NCBI GenBank assembly: GCA_003427395.1
Contig: BFEA01000018.1
Coordinates: forward strand, 4,305,343-4,362,116
Reading direction: 5' to 3'
DNA from: Chara braunii
Taxonomy: Eukaryota > Plantae > Charophyceae
Length of the DNA: 56,774 nt
Under the pieces are notes generated by a model. The model ran no database searches. It was not told where the DNA came from and saw only the letters and a list, made by a program, of their open reading frames with translations. Of the stretch, positions 12,340-25,598 are shown one piece after another. How positions within the stretch are numbered: position 1 is the stretch's first letter; the number at the start of each line of letters is the position of its first letter. Made by a program: the position numbers and the translations under genes.

Positions 12340-14912
12340 GCGGGTCCATACCACCCTCAAAAACTTGGGTTTTGGCCGCGGTTTCCGCACTTGGGTCAGC
12401 GCAAGCTATGAGGGGGCTAATTCAGTCGTACTGGTTAATGGGAGACTCTCATAAGAGTTTCTCCTATCACCATCCTTAAGACAAGGGTGCCCGTTGGCCC
12501 CCTTACTCTTTTGTCTTACAGTTAGAAGTCTTACTTGATAACATTAGGAACACCCCCGAGATCACAGGGCTAAAACTCTCTCCAGATCTAGAGTGGAAGG
12601 GGGGCGCCATCGCGGACGATCTAACAGTAGCATGTGACAATAACCCAGTAGCAATAAATCAGTTACAAAAGGCCATAGATACCTATTGTGACTTGTCAGA
12701 AGCTTCCATTAATTGGGATAAATCTGTGTACTTTCTCGAAGTTTCTCCCCCCCTCTCAGGCGTTGGCTGTGGACGGGGGTTTGAAACAAGTGCCAGCCAA
12801 CTCTTCTGACCGTTTCTTGGGGGTCCAGGTGTCGTTGTTTGATTGCTCTACAGTACAGCACTCCCTACTTGCTGACAAAGTGGCTGCAAGGATTGCAGGA
12901 TGGAAACGCAACTTCAAATTGTCGCTCTTTGGAAGAGCTCTGGTGATCTCCTCAGCGGCCTTCTCCCTACTTTGGTTTCCCCTTTCAGTTCATCTCCTGT
13001 GGGAAAGGGCGTATTCACGTATCAAGAAGGATGCAACTCGTTATCTGTGGAAACCTGCTTCAGAATCCCAGCAAGGCTTCATCTGGAAGGTGGCTTGGCA
13101 GACAGTTGCCTAGTCAAACTTGGCCTTATTGTGCAAATGGGTGACAGCGGCATCCTTTGGTACACGGTCTAAGTTATGGACTCGTCTGGCGGAGTATATA
13201 TTGGCAAAAGAATGGGGCTTACACAGACCAGCAGACGTGTGGCTGTGCTGGCTCATCCCTTCTTTTGTTGCTAGGAGACCGCAGTCCAGACTGTGGCAAA
13301 GCATTTTCCGGGCCTGGCATATGATTTTTCCACAGACTCTCAGGCCACCGGAAACAAGAGAGGAAGTCTTGAATCAGATCCTTTTCGAGAACCCCTTCAT
13401 TGTTTCACCAGGGGGCAGATGGTTTAAAGCAGACAGAAGACGTGGTTCGTTCGGAAATGCATGGATTGAAAAAGGTGTGATACAGATCACACATATCTGG
13501 GATGGGGAGTCGGAAGACTGGCTGCACCTGGTGGAATTGAAGAAGAAACTCTCTAAACGCTTCGGAACGTCGAAGATAACTATAGTTCGATTCAAGGGGC
13601 CATTCCCCCCTACCGGCTGGATTGCAATGTTCCCAACGACAGTAGAGCACAATCAAGGGACCTGGCTAATAGACCCTGCCTGATGACAATCAGTTGGTCC
13701 TAAGAGTGGTGGGCCCTGAGTTGACACAAGGGATCAGAATGCAGACTTGGAGACGGAAAGCGAGAGTCTCCACACCGCTGCCGTTGACCAGAATAGAGGA
13801 TAGGAGTCATAGGATAGTTCCTTCAACAGTGGGCCTTACAGAGTGTCGAGTTTTGGTCAGTATCTCGAAGCGGAAGGAGGCTGCCACTCTGATAGTGGAG
13901 GATGCCTCCAACCTCCAGATCGAACCTCTGACGTACGGCTGGCAGGATATTTTGGGCCCCGGGTCCTCCGTACCAGTGATAAACTGTAAACCCAAAATTG
14001 GCGTTCAGGTTCTAAGAGCAGCAGGTAAGAAACAAGCGGTATCTACAGCTACTGAGAGACTTGCTAAGCAACCTGGGTTTACACTGGGTAGTTTGGATCT
14101 ATTTGGTATGTGGAGAGGGCTAAAGATGATGACTTCTCAAAAGCAGGCGGCTTTGGCCTGCTTACAACTTTTCCTAGTGACTCCGTCTGCAGTATGGCTG
14201 GCAGCTAGGGTATGGAGATTAGTGAACAGTGTGCCCGGTGTAACTGGGGCTGGGAAGCTGCTTCCCATGTATGGCTGTACTGTCCTTTCTCCTTCAACAT
14301 GTGGGAATGGTGGAAGGAAAAGTGGAAATCATTTACAGGTGACCGGTTTCCGTGGTCGCAAGAATGGATGCTCTATGGTATGATGAGTCCAGCACAAGAT
14401 TTCTCTACAGGGCTGGCATATATAGCCTTGGCCTGTAGGGGAGCTATAATGGAGGCGCTGTGGACAGCCAGCAACAGAGCAACATTTAAGGAGGGCACGT
14501 CCTTCCAGGAACTTGCTGCTGCGGCAAAAGTCCTCATAAAAAGGACAATCCAGAGTGACTGGCAGGGGGCTCGGTCTCAGGCAAGAAAGGATCGCTACTG
14601 GTTTTCCCAGACATGGTCTACAACGACAGACTTTGTGAAGATCTTTTTTTTTTTTTTTTTTTTTTTTTTTTGAAGATCTCTGCAGAAGGGAAGTTGCAAT
14701 TTGTGGAGTGGCTGCGCGAATGAAAAGAGGAATTTTAGGCCGCTCGTTTAGGCCGTTCTTTTACAGGTCTTGATACTGCAGCAAGAGTCTGGTTAGCTGC
14801 GGAACTGCCCGGTATTGTTTTCTTTTGGCTAATAGTGCTTAGATAGGAAGATATTGACTACTTGGCCTAGTTCTTTGTGTTGATGGAATGGTGACAGGAT
14901 TTCCAACCTTTG

Positions 14913-14948
<36 letters not shown>

Positions 14949-15044
14949 ATTTCCAACTCCTTACAGTAGTTCGGTAGAATTGGATTGGCTGGCCTGGTAA
15001 GTAGACATTATCAGACATTATCAGACATTATCAGACATTATCAG
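12340..15044 (+). mobile_element. 5'-truncated L1/Tx1-like LINE (RT, zf-RVT, 3'UTR, tandem tail), pseudogenised
   Basis: TLKNLGFG, LRQGCPLAPLL, IADDL, FLGV, KLSLFGRALVI, CARC...HVWLYC motifs across frameshifts. Ends in (AGACATTATC)4 at 15003-15042. Confidence 0.9.
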
Positions 15045-16109
15045 TAGGATGAGAATTCGGTGGCAAGGTAACTATTCAGTCTAACGACTGCAAGCGAAAC
15101 CGGCTGATGCTGCCGGGATAACTCCGGGTTGAATTGTGAGGTCCCCGGCCTCGAATTTTCTCTCTCGGAATATAATTTCTGCTATTAAAATTTAAAAAAA
15201 AAAGTGTAAGCTGGGTCTGGCCTAATGCTCCCTCGGGCCCAGGCTCACAGTGTTGGGAAAACGCCCGGAACGAGGGGGAGGAGGGGGGGAAGAGGTGCAG
15301 CAGAAACTGTGTGACGTTTGTCGCGTTTGCAAAGTTTTTGGCCCCACGTCGGAATACAAGTACATAGCTGGGCCAGGGCGGGGACACTCACAGTAGGGTG
15401 TTTTTTACTATGGACGTTATCCGGGGCAGGTACATTCTGAAAAGTGGCGCCGTTTGTGGGGATACTTCTGGCTTTTTTGTCGTCATTGTTTTCTTTTTGT
15501 CGTGTTGTCGCCCACATTAGTGGGGGGAATGTAGAAGGACCGTTTTTCGGCCTTCGTGTGCCTTTTGCCAGTTGTTTTTTTGTAGAGGAGGATTCATTGG
15601 GCCTCACTCCACTACTCTGGACATGTGTAAAAAGAGGGTGAATCTTCCTCTAGAACATGGAAAGATACACCACCATAATTTTTGTCTTATGTGCACGTCG
15701 AGTAGTGGATCAAGGCACATTCTCATGTGTTGGAGTCGTGGAGCAAGGCCCTCACCCGCTACTCACGAATGTCCAGAATCGGAACGAATCCTCCTCTAGA
15801 ACATGGAAACATACACCACCATTATTTTTTTGTATTTTGTGCAGCTCGCGCGTGACTCACTGAAAGTGCAGAACCAGAATGAATCAAAGGCTTGAACACG
15901 CCACTTCACAAAAGACAAAAATATGGCACTGTATCGTCCTGTGCTCGGGCAGAAGATTCATTTTCCTTTTGCAAATTTGGTGAGCAGTAGTGAGGCCCTC
16001 AGACTGGTACTTTCCCATGTGCAAAATGAGAATGGATCTTCAGCTGGAACATGGGTAGGTACACCGCCTGCTTTGCATGTTGTGTTTTTCTTTTTTCCTT
16101 GGGACATGT

Positions 16110-17150
16110 TGACGTGTCAGTGAGCTGGATCGATTGATTGAATCTCCAGCAAGGAAAACAAGTAAGAGCGAACTGACAACATTCCAAATTGCAACATCGT
16201 ATAGAAAGTCAGATAGTCATGAACTGTCCAAAAAGCAGAAATGAACCATTATCACACCAAAAGAGACCAAGCAACAAAACTCAATCGCCAACGTCAGCCC
16301 TCTCTCGCCACCATCGTGTTCGATGCCCTCTTTTCTCCGTACTGGCGCTCAGCGCCCAGACTACAATCACACAGCTCCTATCCACTAGCCGCAACCAGAA
16401 GACTTCAGCAACAGAAACCAATGTACGTGCAGATGCCGCCAAAACAGACCTCCACGACGAACCAGGTAAGTGCCCTCTTCCTCTCGCCCTCTCTATACTC
16501 ACCCTCGTCTTCCTCCACATGCTCTTCCACCTCAGAAGGACCACCACCATACCCCACTGACCTCCTATAGTTGCAGCCCGGCTATGGACGGGTGGGCTAT
16601 GGCGTTGCTCCCGTGCAGCGCTTCTCCTCCCACACGCGCCCGCCCGCGTGCGACTGAACCCCCTCTCAGCCAGCAGCCCTCAGTGCGCTATCCACCAGTG
16701 CTGCTGCCCAACATGGGAGTGCCTGCCCGAGTGAATCCCCCGCTGCCCAGCTCTCTCCTCTATGGAAAGTGACCTGGCTTGATGGCTGCCTGGACTTGAA
16801 GGCTTGTGTACCCAGTAGCTTCACGTTGGGCCAAAGTGTCCGCATGCGGGCCCAATTGAGACAGTGGCCTGGTACCGAAACAGTTAGAAGTGCCCAACCG
16901 CCAGGCCGAAAGGCCTGCTTCCACGTAGAGCCTGGATGAGCCTAGAAGACTCAAGAAGTCAGGGTTGCTTGCAGGCAGGGCCAATGTAACAAACTGGCGC
17001 GTGGTAATTGTCTGGCGCCCTAAAATGACACAATTTAGGCCTCAATGAGACGTGCAGGGCCGCCTTCACTTCGGGCAAGCACAAGGCTTGCAGTCGGGCC
17101 CCATAAAGGCCTGCCGAGGACAGAGATCCTCTCACTCCTCTGCAGCATAG
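16110..17150. mobile_element. Probable solo LTR related to the LTR at 25599-26556 (boundaries approximate)
   Basis: Shares ordered motifs with 25599-26556: ATTGCAACA, AATGAACCA, CTGGCGCTCAGCGCCnAGACTAC, and a GGCC-rich distal part. Confidence 0.4.
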
Positions 17151-17289
17151 ATCAACCAATCCTGGCGACTCCCACAACAGTAATCAATCAGCCAACGTGT
17201 TTGATCACCAATACATCGATCAATTAATGACTCGCATTCTCCAAAATCACCAACATCGATCAATGTGCGATCTCTCAGAGTCAGGACGT

Positions 17290-17367
<78 letters not shown>

Positions 17368-17423
17368 NNNNNNNNNNNNNNNNNNNNNNNNNNNNNNNNN
17401 NNNNNNNNNNNNNNNNNNNNNNN

Positions 17424-17495
<72 letters not shown>

Positions 17496-19181
17496 TGTGT
17501 TTTAGATTTTCCCCCCAACAGCCCCAATTCCACCCAGGTGAGTAGATTCAGAATCGAAGCAGTCTTTGTCCTACTGCAGACAACGAGAGCATTTGAGAAG
17601 TCCAACATACTAAAGCAGTTTTATAATTAGACAGTTTCTTGGTTGTCCTTGGGGTACCCGTTTCATTGTTCTTGCAGCTCCCCTTTTACTGTGCCTCTTA
17701 CGCACAAGGCTGCCCACGTTGATTGTGGTTGAGCGGCAGCTGCCCGCATCCCCGTGTGCCTTCACAGTGTGTGTGTGTGTGTGTGTCTCTGCCATCCAAA
17801 CTCCTTCGGTCACCCACCTCATCTCTCCCTCTCTCTCCTCTTCCTTCCTTCCACTCCATCAAGCAACTGTGCACGGTGAAGACATACGGCCAAGCGACCT
17901 CTGCAAACAATACCATTGTGTATATCTGCACCCTCCCAGCACCCTCCCCCCTCTCTCCAGTGCTATCTCAATATCTGTCTGCTTCTCCACTTAAAAGTTA
18001 AAATCACAAAATGTTTGGAATGTCCGCGTCTGCTTCTCTCTTACTGGACAGACATTGTTCGGCGTGCGGTCGCTTCCTCCAAGCACCGGATACCTACGAT
18101 CATCGCAGATGATGAGCCCTGCATCGACGACGACCAGTAGCTCAGCCAGACATACTCTCCTCCACCTGAAGCTCCTGTCGACCACCTGCTTCTCGTAAAA
18201 TGTTCATGCTATAATGCACGCTCCTTTAGTAAATGATTATTTTAATGTTATGCGTTCAATGCTAGACATGGCGATCGCACCAATTACAGGTGTACCGGTC
18301 ATACGACATTATCATGGCAACTCCAGCATGCTGCTCTTCATGTTCTCCATGCTTCTGTTTCTTTGGCGGCAAATGGCTCCGTCATGTCCTGCACATTTTC
18401 AGACCTTCGGCTTTTTGCTACTTCGCTCATGTCACATGTACATATCGGCGATATCGCCTTGCATGTGTGAAACTCTTACCGATTGTGCTGTTTTTTTTCT
18501 CTTCTACATGCATGCATCGAGACAGCCTCCTTTTGTGGACACTGTTCGGCTTTTCTTCCTTGCGTGTATCAGTCTCGTGCTAAAGACCTGCCTGCAACAA
18601 GACCTGCCTGCAACCAATAGTGTGGTGCTTTTTTGTCCCTTCTTGGACCCCACGTGCCTCCGCTTCGGCTGGCTCTGATCCTTTGCCGCATGTCCTCCCT
18701 GCACCGCGGGTGTAGCCTCAGCGGGTCCACTGGTTACCCTATAGCCCATTCGTCTTATCAGGTTGGCTGTGTCCTTTTTCTTCTTCCTGTTTTTGCGGCC
18801 AGCTGTGTCCTTGACTTCAACTCGAAAAAAAATAAGTTCGATTTTGAACATACAATTAATTTAAACCACCAGTACTTGGCCCAGCTATCAAGTCCGAGCC
18901 TTGGCCGACCGGGGTATGCCGAGCCTTGCCGAGGCTCGAACTACCGGGCGCCAACCTCCTGAACGTCCTTGGAGAAGAACACGAAAAAAAGAACAGAAAA
19001 AAAAAAATGCAAAAAGCAACAACAGAAAAACGGTATTTACTCTAAAAAACATGGAAAAAAGAAAAAAAAACGGTTACCTCGACATGCACAAAAGACAATA
19101 ATCAAGGCGGTGTGTCTTTGCATGTTCACACGGAATATTCACTCTCTTTTTCGTTTTCCGAGAAGAGAGAGATAGATAGAG

Positions 19182-19184
<3 letters not shown>

Positions 19185-19264
<80 letters not shown>

Positions 19265-19426
19265 GCGCCGGCGTTTCCAGTGTCTATTCTAAAAAGGGGA
19301 ATGGATCTTCCCGCACGCGAAAGCGGGAAGATTCATTCCCATTTTTTTATTTCTTTTTAATGCGCGCGCACGTGCAAGAGAGAGAGAGAGAGAGAGAGAA
19401 AGAGAAGGGTGGTGAATTCACCACGG

Positions 19427-19509
<83 letters not shown>

Positions 19510-19620
19510 GCGTCGGCGTTTCGAGTGACTATTCCAAAAAGGGGAATGGATCTTCCCGCGCGCGAAGCGAGAAGATTCATTCCCATGTTTCATTTTTTTT
19601 AAAAGTGCGCACGCGCGCAC

Positions 19621-19692
<72 letters not shown>

Positions 19693-19836
19693 CATACCGT
19701 AAAGGTGCAGACCAGAACAAGAACCGACCTCTCACATAGTACAAGATAGCGCAGCGGAAGGCTAATATACCAATGATCCAACCAATCAATGTCGCAGTGC
19801 AGACCAAACATCATCATCATCAAATTGTGTGAAAGG

Positions 19837-19921
<85 letters not shown>

Positions 19922-20204
19922 TCACACGTCGGTGTTTCCAGTGTCTATTCCAAAAAGGGGAATGGACCTTCCCACGCGCGAAAGCGGGAAGATTCATTCC
20001 CATTTTTCATTTTTTTTTTAATGCGCGCACGCGCGCGAGAGAGAGAGAGTCGCATATCGTAAAGGTGCAGACCAGAACAAGAACCGACCTCCCACATAGT
20101 ACAAGATAGCACATCGGAAGGCTAATATACCAATGATCCGACCAATCAATGTCGCAGTGCAGACCAAACATACATCACCATCATCGCATTGTGTGAAAGG
20201 ACCT
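19185..20204. repeat. Three tandem (CT)n-core-(AG)n hairpin units
   Basis: ~115-bp core repeated at ~19262, ~19507 and ~19923, each preceded by (CT)n and followed by (AG)n. Units 2 and 3 share a ~150-bp downstream block. Confidence 0.85.
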
Positions 20205-20604
20205 GGCGCTCACACAGGAAGAAGGCGGCAGTCCCACACATACACAGATGAAGAGGAGGGGGATTAGACAAAGAAGAGGGGAAGATGGGAATGTCGTCAA
20301 CACCAAGTCTTTGTTACAGGACCCAAATAATCCCTCGTCCAATGTCTCAATCAATGTCTCAATCCCAATGTCGAGTCCGAATCCAGTCTGCAGATACTGA
20401 GAAGTCAGGTGGCGAGAGGGTGAGGGAGAGATGGTGGACTTAGAAGAGGAAGGACTCTCTCTCTCGTAGTACGGTACTAACCTGTCAAGGTGGCGCCTTG
20501 TTGCAGGTACATCGAAGACGAAGCTGTCAAGGTGGCGCCTTGTTGCAGGTACATCGAAGACGAAGCTGGAGCTATGGTGCCACAGGTAAGTCTCCCTGGC
20601 CTCC

Positions 20605-20684
<80 letters not shown>

Positions 20685-21154
20685 GCGACTCTAGCTCCTA
20701 CTAGCGCCCAGCGCTGAAGACTACTCCTAACGCTACTACTACTACTGCAGCGCTCCTCCAAGGTGTTGTTGCCGAATCCTGAAGACTGCCTCTTGCCTCC
20801 TGCGCGTGAAGTGCCCATGAACTGCCTGGGAAGTCCCTATGAGCTACCTGCAGCCTGCAGGGCGGGCCAGTTCTATATAGTGCTGCCCCGTCCAGGAGGG
20901 TGCTCTTGCCAATGCCAAAACGTGCCAGACCCTGACGTTGAAGTTCAAACGAAGGCCATCTTGAAACAGGCCCCAAAATGGCCTGTGCTGAACCCTGGTC
21001 TGGCGCCTGAGTTTCAGGGTAGGTTGACTTTATGAGGGCCTGAAAATGGCCCTCGTTTTCAGGCTTTTAGACTGAAACGACACAGGGCCTGTAGGGCCCT
21101 TATTTTTCGTCTGGTCGGCCCCTGCAGGCCCGTGTGGCTTTGCAGTATGCCACA
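20192..21154 (-). mobile_element. 3' LTR of a Ty3/gypsy element
   Basis: TGTG...CACA termini. Directly abuts a polypurine tract (AGGAGGGGGGGG on minus, 21155-21166) downstream of the chromodomain. Contains a 42-bp tandem duplication (20482-20565) and a (CT)n tract. Confidence 0.65.
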
Positions 21155-24150
21155 CCCCCCCCTCCTTGAAAGACCGAGCTTACCTGTGAGGGCAAAGCTG
21201 CCTGTCTGAGGGAGGGACCAAAGTCCAGGTGGGAGGGGGAGGTCGTGAAACTTCCTTAGCTAACCTTTGACGTTCGTAGTGAGCATAGATCAGCGGTGCG
21301 GATGCTTTCAAATCTGCTCCTGAAATCCATCGAGTGTCGTCGGGATCGCATGCTTTGTACGTAACTTTATACTGTCAAGGCTTGTTGCCGTCCTTGCGAT
21401 CCGTGATGACGCGGTCGACTTCCTGATGACCATCCATAGATGGAGGGTCTTGCGATCGTCGGCCCGAGAAGTCGTCGCTCTTAGCTGATGTGTATGTCGC
21501 CAGCTTCGAGGCGTGAGGGACTGGATGGACCATCAAATGCGGAGGGATGTTGATCACAAATGAGGGGCCATCGGGCTCATCGCCCGCAGCTGATGTTAGG
21601 GGCCATGGTCCAAACCACTTGGGGAGCAGTTTGCACGAAACATCCTTTGCGAGTGTAAACTCTTCCGCGGAGACCCAAACCAGATCACTGGCACGGATGG
21701 GACATGGCACGTGACGCCTGTTGGCTTGCTGCTGCTTGCGGACTTGAGCCTTTTGCATGTTCGCGAGGGCTTGAGCCAGCAATTCCCTGTACTTCCGAAC
21801 GGAAGTGGGAGAGAAAGCGGCGTCTACATCGGCTATTCGTGGAAGGAGAAGACCAGCGAAGATACGACCTTTTCGGCCACCCTAGTGCAACTCGAATGGA
21901 GTCACGCTGATCGTCGGATGCAACGAAGTGTTGTAGGCGAACTCGATGTCGGGGAGGCAGTCAACCCAATCCTTCTGATTCGGACGGATGAGCGTACCAA
22001 GCATCATTTGCGCGGTTTGATGTGCCCGCTCCGTTTGCCCGTCCATTTGCGAATGTCGAGCCGAACTTGGTTTCATCTTGGTGTCGGATTCCTGCATGAG
22101 AGAAGTCCAGAATGCCAACATGACACGAGTATCGCGTCGCTAACGATGTCTTCCGGTACGTCGTGGTTGCAAATCCAGCCACTGTGCAAAAGGCGCGCAA
22201 GAGCCGTGACGTAGTACTTGCAAGGGAGAAACCGTGTATAGGATGTCGTCGTGCCCGAGGCGGTCGTGGGGACCGGTGACGTCCATGGCAATGGAGAGGC
22301 CACGTTCCCGTGGGATAGGCATTGGCCGCAACTCGCCATAGGGATTGCGGTTGCGGGGCTTGCTTCGTCGGCAAACTTCGCAAGAGTCGCAATACCGAGT
22401 GACATCGGTAATGAGGTCGGGCCACCGGAATCGTTGCCGAAGTCGTGCAATAGTGTGATCGACTCCGAAATGGTCGGCGAGTCACGAGTCGTGGTACTCA
22501 CCGAGAAGGCGAGTTCGAAGACAACGGTCTCGTGGAACACACAATAAGTCCTTGCCTTGCGAGTGGAGAAGCAAGTACCCATCGGCGATGCGATAATGGC
22601 TGGTCGGCGGATGATCCGAAGATAGTCGCGTAGCATGGCGAAATCAGGATCGGACTGGTAGCCCCGAATGAGGCAGCGACTGCTCCTAGATCGGGAGCCT
22701 CTGCGGCGTCTACCGGTCGCCTTGCCTATTTGAACTGAGGCAACGACTGCTCCAAGCCCTGAAGCCTCTGCGCTGCCCGCCTCTGAGCCTACTCCCTCCT
22801 AGAAATTGTCGTCTAACTCTATGGTGGAACCATCGTTATCGACGAACATAATTCGCCCCTTCGCCTTCCAGTTAGGAGGCAGTGCCTTCCTCCTCCCATC
22901 TGTAGTGGGTTGGTGCCCATGCTCGATCTTTGCCTCTAGATCAAGGGCCTTCTTGACTAGGGGAAGTTGTGTACAGTGATCATGGCCTCGCCTGCCAACT
23001 GATTCCTGAGTTATATGGGAAGACATCTCAGGTAAGTGGTGACCAAGACCTGGGGGTCATAACGGACTCCAGGAACATAGATCAGACGCTTGACTTTCTT
23101 GAGCTCAGGGTCAGGATCGCATCAGTGGCCTTTTGAGCCTCCTGTGGACCGTGTCACCTTTCCTCCACCAACTTGAGGAAGTCATCCAATTTCAGGTTGA
23201 CTGCCCACGCAATAAAGTCATGACCATATCCCTGTAGTTGTACATACCCACTTAGCCACCTTGCTGCACTCCCTTCTAAGTAGGAGGCAGCCACAAGCAT
23301 TTCCTCGTGAGCCAAGGTCAACTTGCACTTCACATAGACTGGCACTGACCTGAACCATTTGTCGAGGTCCTCACCACTCTTATCTCCTGAGAAGGGCTTA
23401 GGCGATGCAATGGAAGTCTTGGGAGCCCGCTGTCCTTGTCCTGGTGCCTGCACCACTCCAAGCTGTGGACCCTGGGGTGCAGGCGGCTGCACTAGCTGCT
23501 GTTGGGGCTGTGTACCCCGCGGCTGTGCTGGCTGCAAGACGGCGGGCTGCCCAGTTACGGCAGTCTGCAACGGAGGTTGGGAGAACATTGTCTGAACAAG
23601 AACTTGTACACTAGGGACCTGCTGGTAACCCACCTGTCAAAGGCATACCTACTGGGGAAGCGGCCTGCACCGAAGCTGGAGAGACTGCAAAGGAGGAGGC
23701 TGTACCACGGGCCAGGCACTGAACCCTGATGGTGATGGTGCGGCCTGAACTCGCCCAACCAGCACGGCCAGGTTCTGTTGAATGTCCTGCAAGAGCGACG
23801 TGTGGTAGTCTTGCATCTCTACTACATCTAACAGGGTTGTCCTCACGGTCTTCACATCATCATCCATATGAGTCAGGTCCATCCCCTCTAACTCTCTAAT
23901 GTCCGCTTGACTCCGCTGCATCCTAGACCTTCTGATCATCGTCTCCTTCTTTGCCTGTATCTCATCTAACGCCTTTCGTAGTTGTGCCTCATGAGCACTT
24001 CCTCTCTGTATGGCGACCTCCTCGGGAGTTGACACTAACGACTGGGTTGCCATAACGCCAGCGGACTGACTCACGGTCTGTGCGACCGTCGCCCCAACAG
24101 TTCCTGAACTGCTAGCCTGGGAACTTTGCAGCGCAGCAATTGCCATGGCT
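21155..24150 (-). mobile_element. Internally deleted chromovirus-type Ty3/gypsy element: gag, integrase, chromodomain; no recognisable PR/RT/RH
   Basis: Gag PKPFSGD...LDKWF...ASYLEGSAARW (23154-23633). Integrase motifs SIAMDVTGP, VPEDIVSD, HSQMDGQTERA, IEFAYN, KLLPKWFGPW. Chromodomain QEVDRVI...YKV..WI. Frameshifted. Confidence 0.9.
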
Positions 24151-25583
24151 GCTGAAGTAGGCTGCCTCGCTTGCGAAAACTCTGCTTGCCTCTACGTCCC
24201 TGGCCCTCCGCTGCTCCCGTTGTCTCTCCCTAAGCTGGCGGAACAGAAACCGGTCACCCTCTGGTCCTTACGCTAAGTGGACCAATGGGCGTCTTGACGA
24301 ACGCAGGATCCTATCGTCCAGGTCAGGATTCTCCCTGTCGCTCATACAGAACTGTGCAGTGTCTGCACTAGGACAGACTCAGCCTACCGCAGCATAGTGC
24401 TCATACTGATTAATCAGTGGCAATGTCAGAGTATACACATTTGGGTCCAATAGGTAAGTCCAGATTCCTACCAACGAAACTACCTTACTTGACTAGTCCG
24501 CAAACAGAAAGCAAATGAGCAAAAACAAGAAGTTCTACCTATGCTTTCTGTCAAATGTTAATGGCTGTACATCTAACTAATCACAATAAAATTAGAATCG
24601 TTTTGAATGGCTGTTGGCAGAGTGGAATTGTTCTCAAACTTATCACCTCAAATCTACCCCTCCCTCATTTCTTCTTGATTGTCACTTGACGTCAACGTCC
24701 CTGAGCAATCCAGTTAGCGTGCGTGTCTAAAGGTGTGCACACGGCCCACCCCTATGCCCCGAGTCAATGCTGAGCTGGCCAGCCCTACACCATGTTTACC
24801 GTCGCGTGCAGCGAGCCTTACACCGACCGATTGGCTGAATCAGATCAAGAGGCGTTTAAGGATGGCCCCCGAAGTCCTTAGAAATTATTTAACGTCGCAA
24901 ACAGGACGACGATCACAACCAATGGAAGGTAACCCCGCCGGTATTTATCTATAGACGTTCGTCTCCCTTATAGGGCCGGCCTGCCCCTCATAACCCATCT
25001 ACAGCGCAGCAGGCAGACAAAGGACAAAGCAGCAAAGCATGCGTGCTCTACGCCCAGTGGGTTGGCATGGTGACCGTGACCCAGTGCTTCGTCCAGGGCC
25101 CTTCAGATAGCTTCGCCCTCTCCTTCCAAATGCTCCACGTGAGCAATGCCGACTCTCAAGGTTGAGCGCACTCGACTCCTCACATGAGAGGACTCTCAAA
25201 AAAGAACACACATCCTTACGGTAAGACGTGTCAAAGAGCGTAGATAAGGTTAAGAGCAACATACCTCAAAATAGCTGCCCCCAACCACAGATATTCTCAC
25301 CAGATGACCTGACGCTGATTGTGATGAACAATCATTGCTTCGGCACAACCAGCATTGCACCGCCATTCCACCTCAGCATCAACCGCACATCATATAGTTC
25401 TCATCACACTGTGAAACACCCAAAATCACCTCGTAGCCTTCCTGGCGATACCCCTCTCCACCTGGGTCGCCTGCCTGCCTTCGCCCTCCTCACTACACAC
25501 TTCCTACGGCCGCTCACCCAGCAGACCGCATGCATGTACCGCATAGGCAGAAGACAAGCGCCAGATTAGCGCAACGTACCACA

Positions 25584-25595
25584 GCTCTGATACCA
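25584..25595 (-). promoter_or_regulatory. tRNA-iMet primer binding site
   Basis: TGGTATCAGAGC on minus, 3 nt inside an LTR ending in CA. Confidence 0.8.
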
Positions 25596-25598
25596 AAA

